Source of the DNA: Defluviitaleaceae bacterium
GTDB lineage: Bacteria; Bacillota; Clostridia; Lachnospirales; WRAA01
Length of the DNA stretch: 32,876 nucleotides
Reading direction: 5' to 3'
Assembly (NCBI GenBank): GCA_009780445.1
Contig: WRAA01000002.1
Span: forward strand, 1-32,876
Positions within the stretch are counted from its first letter, which is position 1, and each line of letters starts with the position of its first letter. Positions 8,295 to 15,937 of this stretch are shown here, in pieces. The notes beneath the pieces are model-generated. The model saw only the letters and a program-made list of their open reading frames with translations. It was not told the origin of the DNA and did not search any database. The position numbers were made by a program, and so were the translations under genes.

Positions 8295-11200
8295 CTATAG
8301 CTTGGTTACGCCCAGTGTTGCGGCTTCGCCGTTGATGCTCCAGTCCTTGGAGTGCGCGGGGGCGGCGGAGCTTACTTCATCCGCCAGGACTTCGCGCATG
8401 ATCTCGCCGCGGTTGCGCTCGAAGATGGCGGAGAGTTTTTCGCCTGCGTTAATGCAGACGGAGATTTTGTCAAGCACTTCGAAGCCCGCGTCCTTGCGCA
8501 TTGTCTGGAACTTGGAGATAAGTTCGCGCACAAAACCCTCTTCGAGAAGCTCGTCGGTGAGAACGCAGTCGATAGCTACGCAAACACCGCGATCCTCCTG
8601 CGTCATAAACCCTTCGGCGTGAGCCACCTCCACCAGCACGTCGGCTTCGGAAAGCTCCACCTCGTTGCCGTCCACCACAAGGGTCGCGCCGCCCGAGCGC
8701 AGCCGCGCCAAGAACTCCGCGCCGGCACAGGCCGACAGAGCCGCGCCTATGGCGGGGACAAGCTTGCCGTACTTGGGGCCGAGAGTGCGCAGCTGGGGCT
8801 TGAAGTTGTAGGACGTGAACTTGGCCATGTCGTCCGTAAAGACCACTTGCTTGATGTTCAGCTCTTCGGCGATAATGCGGACATAACCTTCGCCGATGGG
8901 CGCGGACTTCACGTACATCCGGCCGATGGGCTGGCGGTTCTTGATGTTTGCCTCGTTGCGGGCGGCGCGCCCAAGCACCACCACTTGGCGGGCGGTGTCC
9001 ATGTCAGCCTCCAGCTCCCTGTCGATAAAGTCCGGATCGGAGACCGGGAAGGAGCAGAGGTGGACGCTGATCGGCGCGGACTTATGCGTGTTGCGCACGA
9101 TGTTGCCGTAGATCTCCTCCGAAAGGAAGGGGATAAACGGCGCGCAGAGCTTTACAAGCTCGCTAAGCACGGTGTAGAGCGTCATGTAGGCGTTTACCTT
9201 GTCCTGCGGCATACCGCTTGCCCAGAAGCGTTCGCGGCTGCGGCGCACATACCAGTTGCTCAGCTCGTCCACGAAGTCGTTCATGGCGCGGGCGGGTTCT
9301 GTCAGCTTGTAGCTTGCCAGAGCGTCGTCCACGGAGATTATCAGCGAGTGCAGCTTCGACAGCACCCAGCGGTCCATCTCGCCCAGCTGTGTCCGATCGA
9401 GTGTGTGTTCGGCGGGGTTGAATTTGTCGATATTGGCGTACAGCACGTAGAAGGCATAGGTGTTAAGCATCGTACCCATGAACTTGCGCTGGGCGTCGTT
9501 CACCGCCTCCTTGTGGAAGCGGCTGGGCAGCCACGGCGACGAGTTGAACATAAAGTACCAGCGCACCGCGTCCGCGCCCTGATCGTTAAGCACTTCCCAC
9601 GGATCCACGACATTGCCCAGATGCTTGCTCATCTTGTGGCCGTGTTTGTCGAGAACATGGCCAAGCACCACCACGTTCTTGTACGGCGGCCTCTCGAACA
9701 GCAGTGTGGATATCGCCATCAGGGAGTAGAACCAGCCGCGGGTCTGGTCGATAGCTTCGGAGATAAAGTCCGCGGGGAACTGGCCGTCGAAGATGTCCTT
9801 GTTCTCGAAGGGGTAGTGCCACTGGGCAAAGGGCATGGAGCCGGAGTCGAACCAGCAGTCGATAACTTCGCTCACGCGCTTCATCGAACCTTGGCACACC
9901 GGGCATGTCAGTGTTACTTCGTCGATATACGGCTTGTGCAGCTCGATATCCGGCGCAACGGTTACATCCGCCATTTCGCGCATTTCCGCGATACTGCCGA
10001 CCATGTGGCGGTGGCCGCATCCGCATTCCCATATGGGCAGGGGCGTTCCCCAGTAGCGTTCGCGGCTGATGCCCCAGTCCACCACGTTTTCCAGGAAGCT
10101 GCCGAAACGGCCTGTGCGGATGTTGTCGGGCATCCAGTTAACGGTGTTATTGTTCTCCACCAGCTTGTCGCGCAGGGTGGTCATGCTGATGAACCATGTG
10201 TCGCGGGCGTAGTACAGCAGGTGTGTGTGGCAACGCCAGCAGAAGGGGTAGTTGTGCGTGACGGTGTGCGCCTTAAAGAGCTTGCCGCCATCCTCGAGAG
10301 CCTTGATGATCTCCGGGTCTGCGTGTTTGATGAACATACCCGCCCAAGGCGTGACTTCCGGCGTGAACTTGCCCTCCGGGTTCACAAGCTGGGCGAAGGG
10401 CAGATCCTGTTCCTTGGCTATGCGGTAGTCGTCCTCGCCGAAGGCGGGGGATGTATGCACTATGCCCGTGCCGTCCGTGAGGGTTACGTAACCATCGCAC
10501 ACGATTCTGTACGGGGTCTTGCCGCTTTGCGCGTAGATTTTGTCGGCGAAGCTAAACAGCGGCTCGTAAGTTGTGCCGCGCAGGCTCTCGCCCGTCATCT
10601 CCTCGATAATGTCGCAGTTTTCGCCGAACAGGGCGGGTGCCAGAGCCTTCGCCAGAATGTAGACATCACCGCCGGAGCGCACGCGCACATAACTTTCCTT
10701 GCCGTTTACGCACAGGGCGACATTGCTGGGCAGTGTCCAGGGTGTAGTCGTCCACGCCAGGAAGTATTCGTTGTCCTTGCCGTGTAGCTTGAACTTGGCG
10801 TAGACAGAATCCTCCGTGACATCTTCGTAACCCTGCGACACTTCGTGGGATGACAGCGGTGTGCCGCAGCGCGGGCAGTACGGCACGACCTTGTAACCCT
10901 TGTAGACCAGCCCCTTGTCCCACGCTTGGCGCAAGGCCCACCAGATGGACTCGATGTAGTCGTTGTGATACGTTACATAGGGGTCGTCCATGTCGATCCA
11001 GTAGCCCACGCGCTCGCTCATGTCGCGCCAGAGCTGTTCGTACTTGAACACGCTCTCCTTGCACTTCCGTATGAAGGCCTCCACACCGTATTCTTCAATG
11101 CCGGGCTTGCCGTTAATGCCCAGAGCCTTTTCGACCTCCAGCTCTACGGGCAGGCCGTGGGTGTCCCAGCCGCCCTTGCGGCGCACATAACAGCCCTTCA

Positions 11201-11420
11201 TGGTGCGGTAGCGCGGGATGATGTCCTTCACCACCCGCGTGATTATGTGGCCTATGTGCGGCACGCCGTTGGCGGTTGGCGGGCCTTCATAGAACGTAAA
11301 CACAGGGCAGCCCTGCCGCTGTGCCATGCTTTTCTCGAAAACTTGCTCTTCGCGCCAGAACTTTAGGATCTGCTGTTCGCGCTCGACAAAGTCCAGGTTG
11401 GTATCGACCTTTGTGTACAT
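8295..11420 (-). CDS. ileS: Isoleucine--tRNA ligase, type 2 (eukaryote/archaea-like form)
   Basis: 1041 aa with FYEGPPTANGVPHIGH (HIGH region), KMSKHLGN (KMSKS) and GWDTHGLPVE. Length and N-terminal motif match the IleRS2 class. An AGGAG RBS lies 7 nt upstream, only 20 nt after the preceding stop. Confidence 0.95.
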   Translation of the reverse strand: MYTKVDTNLDFVEREQQILKFWREEQVFEKSMAQRQGCPVFTFYEGPPTANGVPHIGHIITRVVKDIIPRYRTMKGCYVRRKGGWDTHGLPVELEVEKALGINGKPGIEEYGVEAFIRKCKESVFKYEQLWRDMSERVGYWIDMDDPYVTYHNDYIESIWWALRQAWDKGLVYKGYKVVPYCPRCGTPLSSHEVSQGYEDVTEDSVYAKFKLHGKDNEYFLAWTTTPWTLPSNVALCVNGKESYVRVRSGGDVYILAKALAPALFGENCDIIEEMTGESLRGTTYEPLFSFADKIYAQSGKTPYRIVCDGYVTLTDGTGIVHTSPAFGEDDYRIAKEQDLPFAQLVNPEGKFTPEVTPWAGMFIKHADPEIIKALEDGGKLFKAHTVTHNYPFCWRCHTHLLYYARDTWFISMTTLRDKLVENNNTVNWMPDNIRTGRFGSFLENVVDWGISRERYWGTPLPIWECGCGHRHMVGSIAEMREMADVTVAPDIELHKPYIDEVTLTCPVCQGSMKRVSEVIDCWFDSGSMPFAQWHYPFENKDIFDGQFPADFISEAIDQTRGWFYSLMAISTLLFERPPYKNVVVLGHVLDKHGHKMSKHLGNVVDPWEVLNDQGADAVRWYFMFNSSPWLPSRFHKEAVNDAQRKFMGTMLNTYAFYVLYANIDKFNPAEHTLDRTQLGEMDRWVLSKLHSLIISVDDALASYKLTEPARAMNDFVDELSNWYVRRSRERFWASGMPQDKVNAYMTLYTVLSELVKLCAPFIPFLSEEIYGNIVRNTHKSAPISVHLCSFPVSDPDFIDRELEADMDTARQVVVLGRAARNEANIKNRQPIGRMYVKSAPIGEGYVRIIAEELNIKQVVFTDDMAKFTSYNFKPQLRTLGPKYGKLVPAIGAALSACAGAEFLARLRSGGATLVVDGNEVELSEADVLVEVAHAEGFMTQEDRGVCVAIDCVLTDELLEEGFVRELISKFQTMRKDAGFEVLDKISVCINAGEKLSAIFERNRGEIMREVLADEVSSAAPAHSKDWSINGEAATLGVTKL

Positions 11421-11440
11421 GCTGATGCTCCTTCAAAATG

Positions 11441-12712
11441 TTATGCAGATGCGGCGGCGTCCGCCTTGCGCTGTTCCAGCGCGCGTAGCAGCGGTAACAG
11501 GAGTATAACCACAAATCCGCCGGCCACACCATTGTTATAGAGATTGATGCCGCCCGACGGCAGTGCCAGGCTCGTCGCAAGGTGCAGGTGGATCAACCCG
11601 GCGACAACACCCCAGTGCCAGCCGTACTTCGCGGGAATGGGCGAGAGGCAGGCGACGAAGAAGAAGGCAACGGAGACGTTTGGGTCGTCCAGGCTGAGCG
11701 GGCTTGTGAACGTGGCCAGGGCAATGCCGGCCATCAGCGACGACGCGCTGTAGATCTGCATACCGTTCGCGCCGAAGCCCATTACGGAGATTATGCCGCC
11801 AAGCAGCGGCCCCGTAAGCTCGAAGCCCACAAGGTTGGCCATGAGGATGCAGAAGAGGCCAAGCACGCCCATGTTGATGTAGCATGTTGTACCGCACCGT
11901 GAGTAATAGTCGTTCTGGAAACCCTTGAGAGCCATAACGTCGCGCAGTGCGCCGCGCGGGTCCTCGCGCTTCATATACAGGCCGATGCCGATCAGCCAGA
12001 TCGACATCAGGATGACAAAGGCCGTGATCTGCGTGTTGTTGCCGCTGCTCCATTGGCTGTTCATGGTGTATGTAAGGTCATAACTTGCGAAGGTGGAGGT
12101 TATGATAATGGCAAGCAGGCCGGCGGCGAACCCCGCGTTAAACAGGTTGTAGCCGTCGTGCGCCTTGAATATGTTCTTGGCGATAGGGTCGAACACAAAG
12201 CCGATTAACACGCCCATACCGATGGCGAAGAGGATGTTCAGCGCGTCGGACTCTGCGCCGATGAACACTTTCTGCGTAACCGCCGGCGAAAGCGACGCGG
12301 CCACAAGGGTTGTGAGGATGTTCACGTTAAAGTCCTGCCGCATGTACTTGGCATACAGCCAGCCGCCGATGAAGATCGGCAATACGTTAAGCGGGTTCTT
12401 GCCGAAGAAGGCAAAACCCGTGATAAGCCACAGATTCGAGACTGTCGCGCTCTTAGGGTCGTGCTTAAAGACTATCAGCATACCCAGGGACATAAGCGAC
12501 GTCACCGCCGCGTTCAGAATGGCCGCGGCCAGCCCGCCCACATAGATATAGTCGGTGATCAGGATATCCGGGGAGCGCAGTATGTCCGCAAAACCGTGCA
12601 GAAGCAACACCGAAGGCTCCAGCGCGACGGCAAGAGCCATCAGGAACAGCATGGTGATGAAGTAGACCTTGTGAATGTTCATGAAACAGTTCTTCAGGTA
12701 TGAATCGTGCAA
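11441..12712 (-). CDS. Polytopic membrane protein, DUF1576-like
   Basis: 423 aa. SPDILITDYIYVGG...GFAFFGKNPLNVLPIFIGGWLYAKY matches my recollection of DUF1576 proteins (not searched). The TTG start at 12712 has GAGGTG 7 nt upstream. Confidence 0.6.
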   Translation of the reverse strand: MHDSYLKNCFMNIHKVYFITMLFLMALAVALEPSVLLLHGFADILRSPDILITDYIYVGGLAAAILNAAVTSLMSLGMLIVFKHDPKSATVSNLWLITGFAFFGKNPLNVLPIFIGGWLYAKYMRQDFNVNILTTLVAASLSPAVTQKVFIGAESDALNILFAIGMGVLIGFVFDPIAKNIFKAHDGYNLFNAGFAAGLLAIIITSTFASYDLTYTMNSQWSSGNNTQITAFVILMSIWLIGIGLYMKREDPRGALRDVMALKGFQNDYYSRCGTTCYINMGVLGLFCILMANLVGFELTGPLLGGIISVMGFGANGMQIYSASSLMAGIALATFTSPLSLDDPNVSVAFFFVACLSPIPAKYGWHWGVVAGLIHLHLATSLALPSGGINLYNNGVAGGFVVILLLPLLRALEQRKADAAASA

Positions 12713-12743
12713 AACCTATCACCTCGGTATAGTAGTTTGCAGC

Positions 12744-14111
12744 CTATCCCCAGAAGCCGGCAAGGAAGAGCGCGGTGGCCGTCGTTACCTTTGTAAAACC
12801 CACGGCCGCTTCGTAAGGGATCACCTTCAAGCGTTCGGTCATGGTGCATTTCATGCCCTGCTGGCTGGCCAGGAAGATGTTGCCGTGCGGCATAACGTCT
12901 ATGAAGCCGCCCCCTGCGTGTAACATCACCGCGCCCGCCATAGCCGGCACGCCGGCCTCCAGAATGGTGGCCGCGAAGGATTCGCCGCCGATGATCACGC
13001 CGGCCGCGTTGGAGCCTGTCACGCCGGAGAAAACCGTGCTTGACAGCGGAGCAAGGAAGGCCGCGGGTAAACCGGCCGCGGACAACGCGTGTTCCATCGC
13101 CGCGGGGAATACCGACGTAGTGATAAGCCCGCCGATCGCCCCCGCGCCGAACATCATCAGCATCACGGGGGCCATGCGCAGCACGCCCTTTGTGGCTACG
13201 TCGATGATGCCGCGCCCCTTGCCCATGGCCAGCATCCCGGCGACCGCGCCTATTGGCAGGACGTAGAACGGATCCATGGGCAGGTTTGCGGAGCTTATGA
13301 AGTGTATGCCCATGAGGTCGCCGACGGGGTTCAGCATCAGCAGGCCGATGGCCACGGCCGGCGCGACAACGGCTCTGCCAAAGGGAGGCAGGTCCTGCGG
13401 GTCTGCGCCGGACTCGATATCTTCCGCGCCCACCATGAAGTGCCGCGTGCGTTTCATGCGGCACAGGAGCATCGTCACAGCAAACGCGGCCAACGCGGGC
13501 AGTACGCTGTTCACCATCATTTGGCTGATGGGAACGCCGAAGGATTCCGCCGCGGCCAGCGCGCTTGGGTTCGGCGACATAACATTGCCCGCCTTTACGC
13601 CGCCGCTTAGGGCAAGGATGGCGGCGAACTTGCTCACTCCGGCCTTGTGGGCGATGGAGAGGGCGATCGGCGCGATTATGAGCATCGCCACCGGCGGGAA
13701 CACGCCCACACTGCACATAAGAGCCGCTGTCAGGGCTATGGCCGGTATGGCGCGCTTGCTGCCGAGGCCTTCGGCAATGCTCTTGGCCAGAGACTCCGCC
13801 GCGCCGGTCTCCACAAGGGCACCGACAAGCACTCCGCCGGCGATAATGCGTATGTTGATGCCAACAACCTGCCGCCCGCCGAGGAGCATTATGTCCATCA
13901 TCTGCGAAAGGTCCGCCGAGCCAACTATCGCGCCGACGGAAACACCCAGGAACATGGCCAGCACAGGGTTGAGCTTCTTGATTATAAGGAAGATGGATAT
14001 GGCCAGGGCAAGCACTACGCCGAGTATGCTGATGTTGATGCCGCCGACATATATGCCCGACAGATCCGAATAGTGCTGATAAACTTGATAGATATAGTAC
14101 GGATAGTTCAC
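12744..14111 (-). CDS. GntP/IT-superfamily permease-like transporter
   Basis: GGVLVGALVETGAAESLAKSIAEGLGSKRA, SPNPSA and about 12 TM segments resemble gluconate:H+ symporter family proteins. I prefer the GTG at 14111, with a GGAGGA RBS 5 nt upstream, over the ORF-track ATG at 14126. That ATG abuts the repeat element and has only the element's own GGAAGAGG as an SD. Confidence 0.75.
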   Translation of the reverse strand: MNYPYYIYQVYQHYSDLSGIYVGGINISILGVVLALAISIFLIIKKLNPVLAMFLGVSVGAIVGSADLSQMMDIMLLGGRQVVGINIRIIAGGVLVGALVETGAAESLAKSIAEGLGSKRAIPAIALTAALMCSVGVFPPVAMLIIAPIALSIAHKAGVSKFAAILALSGGVKAGNVMSPNPSALAAAESFGVPISQMMVNSVLPALAAFAVTMLLCRMKRTRHFMVGAEDIESGADPQDLPPFGRAVVAPAVAIGLLMLNPVGDLMGIHFISSANLPMDPFYVLPIGAVAGMLAMGKGRGIIDVATKGVLRMAPVMLMMFGAGAIGGLITTSVFPAAMEHALSAAGLPAAFLAPLSSTVFSGVTGSNAAGVIIGGESFAATILEAGVPAMAGAVMLHAGGGFIDVMPHGNIFLASQQGMKCTMTERLKVIPYEAAVGFTKVTTATALFLAGFWG

Positions 14112-14126
14112 ACGGTCATCCTCCAT

Positions 14127-14290
14127 TAGACCTCTTCCGAAACTAGACGATACCGGATTTGCGGATCAGTTTCGCGCAAGGCTAGGAGCTGACGACGCCG
14201 CGAACCCACAGGGTTCGTTAGGAGGAAGCGACGACGCATTGCGTGAAACCGGCCGCAAAGACGATGTCGGCTAGTTTCGGAAGAGGTCTA
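14127..14290. repeat. 164-nt palindromic MITE-like element, copy A
   Basis: Perfect 20-bp terminal inverted repeats tagacctcttccgaaactag (14127-14146) and ctagtttcggaagaggtcta (14271-14290). The two arms are only partly complementary to each other. The central hairpin is cgaaccc-aca-gggttcg (14201-14217). No ORF. About 85-90% identical by eye to the reverse complement of 17335-17498. Confidence 0.85.
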
Positions 14291-14299
14291 TCATATCGA

Positions 14300-14328
14300 A
14301 CTATATCATTATGGTGCTGTTGCGTCAA
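14300..14328 (-). promoter_or_regulatory. Sigma-A type promoter for the gntP-like operon
   Basis: The minus strand reads TTGACG (14323-14328), a 17-nt spacer and TATAGT (14300-14305). The predicted TSS is about 14292-14294, 2-4 nt before copy A begins. Confidence 0.6.
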
Positions 14329-14539
14329 GTGCCGGTTCGTAGTTGTTGTGCCTGTATCAGTTTATTTTCGGACATAGGGCGCGGCGCACCATGCAGTTTA
14401 TGTGCAATTCCAACAAATTTGCATGTCTTGTTTTGTACAAAATGCAGAATTAAACGCGCCGCGCCGGAAAATCTCTCCAAACACTTGCTAAAACGCCGCA
14501 GAACATTTAAAATTAAGGGCATGAACTACGCTACATAGC

Positions 14540-14632
14540 GAGTTTAGTTGAAAATCGGCTTCTGTCTGCGTTCTAAACGCGCCCGGAGGCGCGCGTTCAG
14601 AACTTGACACAAGACCGTTTTAAACTAAACTC
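14540..14632. repeat. 93-nt imperfect palindrome in the yoaK-like upstream region
   Basis: The outer 10-bp perfect stem is gagtttagtt (14540-14549) / aactaaactc (14623-14632). The inner arms aaaatcggcttctgtc..gttctaaacgcgc and gcgcgttcagaac..gacacaagaccgtttt are about 75% complementary by eye. A TTGACA at 14603-14608 lies in the right arm. Confidence 0.6.
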
Positions 14633-14715
14633 ACTACACACAAACGGCAGGGGGGAGCCGGTAACATCTGCGTAGAATACAGCTCTGCACAGAGCAGAAT
14701 TTAGAGAGGTGAGCT

Positions 14716-15510
14716 ATGTTAATTGCTGACAGTGAAGACAGAGCGGCTACGTTTAAGGTCGCATTCATGACGGGCGCGTCCATATTTATAATGGGCTACC
14801 TAAACGCGTACTCGCTGAATACAAATGATCTGGGCGTTATGATCACGCCGCAGACGGGTAATGTTATATGGATGGGGCTGAACCTGGCCTCGGGCTACTG
14901 GACATACTTCTTCGAGAACCTGGGTCTGTTCTTCGGCTTTATGTCGGGCGCGGTGTTTGCCCTGTTCACGCAGAGTTCTTTCGCCAGCAAGACCACGCAG
15001 TTCTATTACAACTGGTCCGTATTTGTCCTGCCCGTAATGCTCTATCCGGTTGTAATGCAGTACGTGATACCGCCGGTTATCTCGTTTTTTGTGATAGGCT
15101 TTGCGTCGGGCGCGGCTCTTGGTTTCTTCCGCAAGATGTACCACATGGAGATCAACAACGCGATGGCCACCGGTAACGTTCGCTTCCTTGGTCTGCACTT
15201 CGCCGGCGCGTTTATCAAGAAGAACCCCAAGGAAGTCGCCACGTTCTGGGTGTTCTTCACCTGTGTGTTCCTGTTTGCCGCGGGCGCGTTTATGTACGCC
15301 ATGTTCGCGCGTGTGGATCTGAACCTGGGTATGCAGGGCGGCGGCGCAATCATCGGCATGGGCGAACACGGCGTGCGCGAATTCCGCCAGACCCTTGGTC
15401 TTGGCGAATACCGTCTGGACATAATCACCAGCAATATCGCAAGATACCTGGGGCTGGTAGTGTTCTGCATAATCCCCTACTTCTTCTGCCCCGTCAGCAA
15501 GGCGAAATAG
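14716..15510 (+). CDS. YoaK/DUF1275 (UPF0700)-like membrane protein
   Basis: 264 aa. Two TGN motifs (PQTGNVIWMGL and AMATGNVRFLG) set in hydrophobic segments are characteristic of DUF1275. A GAGAGGTGAG RBS lies upstream of the ATG. Confidence 0.65.
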   Translation: MLIADSEDRAATFKVAFMTGASIFIMGYLNAYSLNTNDLGVMITPQTGNVIWMGLNLASGYWTYFFENLGLFFGFMSGAVFALFTQSSFASKTTQFYYNWSVFVLPVMLYPVVMQYVIPPVISFFVIGFASGAALGFFRKMYHMEINNAMATGNVRFLGLHFAGAFIKKNPKEVATFWVFFTCVFLFAAGAFMYAMFARVDLNLGMQGGGAIIGMGEHGVREFRQTLGLGEYRLDIITSNIARYLGLVVFCIIPYFFCPVSKAK

Positions 15511-15528
15511 GATATCCTGGGAGGTTCT

Positions 15529-15885
15529 ATGGAAGCGAAGGTAAGGTTCAAGAACAAGATTTCGGAACCGCTGATGACCGCAACAGACTTCGGCATCAAG
15601 ACCAGAACCCGCAAGGGGGAGACGGTGTACAGCCTGGAGTTTACTGTGTGCAAGTCCATGGGTGTGTCGGAGGTCTACAGCTTTGACAGCACCGACGAGA
15701 AGCTGCTGCGGGCATTACTGTCCAAGATAGAGGCCAGCGGCGAATTCCTCTTCGACGAAGCCTGCAAGGTCTGCGACAAGACCGCGCTGGACTACGACAG
15801 ATATGTGGAGCTTGCGCAGTCCGGCGAGATTGGCGGCGAGCTTAAATTCGGCGACGGCGGTTATGTCATCACAGTGTCGCAATAG
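15529..15885 (+). CDS. Hypothetical soluble protein (118 aa)
   Basis: A GGGAGG RBS lies 4 nt upstream, 18 nt after the yoaK-like stop, and a terminator follows. I recognise no family. Confidence 0.55.
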   Translation: MEAKVRFKNKISEPLMTATDFGIKTRTRKGETVYSLEFTVCKSMGVSEVYSFDSTDEKLLRALLSKIEASGEFLFDEACKVCDKTALDYDRYVELAQSGEIGGELKFGDGGYVITVSQ

Positions 15886-15897
15886 CGTCATACAAGA

Positions 15898-15926
15898 AGA
15901 ACCGCCGGCGTATTGTTCGGCGGTTT
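15898..15926. terminator. Terminator between the convergent 118-aa ORF and the CNNM gene
   Basis: aaccgccg (15898-15905) / cggcggtt (15916-15923), followed by tttttc on the plus strand. Confidence 0.65.
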
Positions 15927-15937
15927 TTCAGTGCATT

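Noticed and set aside
8352-10787. An 811-aa open reading frame on the plus strand, antisense to ileS
   Set aside because: It is in the codon-aligned antisense frame (11420-8354 = 3066, a multiple of 3). It stays open simply because ileS avoids TTA, CTA and TCA codons, as expected in a GC-rich genome. The product is Arg/Ala/His/Gly-rich low-complexity sequence with no RBS and no recognisable domain. Long antisense ORFs opposite synthetase and Hsp70 genes are a known statistical by-product.
12694-13716. Long alternative-frame ORFs inside the GntP-like gene (12694-13716), dnaJ (19305-20306) and the hlyIII region (24083-24976)
   Set aside because: All are Arg/Gly/Pro/His-rich shadow ORFs overlapping genes with clear family signatures in another frame.
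14124-14126. The ATG at 14126 as the start of the GntP-like permease (ORF-track model)
   Set aside because: It abuts the terminal repeat of element copy A, and its only SD would be element sequence buried in a 20-bp stem. The GTG at 14111 has a canonical GGAGGA 5 nt upstream. I cannot exclude use of the ATG, in which case the element would supply the RBS.
14201-14217. The CGAAC...GTTCG core of the repeat elements (also at 48-63 and 17408-17424) resembles a Gram-positive LexA/Cheo box
   Set aside because: The half-sites are separated by 7 nt (CGAAC-N7-GTTCG), not the 4 nt of the Cheo box CGAAC-N4-GTTCG. They are also embedded in repeat elements rather than in promoters. I found no proper Cheo box upstream of uvrB either.
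14378-14390. The minus-strand ggtgcgccgcgcc resembles the T-box core GGTGGTACCGCG, in a region upstream of the operon containing ileS
   Set aside because: It is one nucleotide short, lacks the surrounding AAnnnGGGTGG context, has no specifier stem or terminator/antiterminator pair, and lies upstream of the predicted promoter (14300-14328) rather than in the leader.
14311-14538. ORFs of 75 aa (+) and 65 aa (-) in the gntP/yoaK intergenic region
   Set aside because: Neither has an RBS. They overlap each other in an AT-rich, dyad-rich region and have odd composition (Cys/Arg-rich). They are most likely non-coding.
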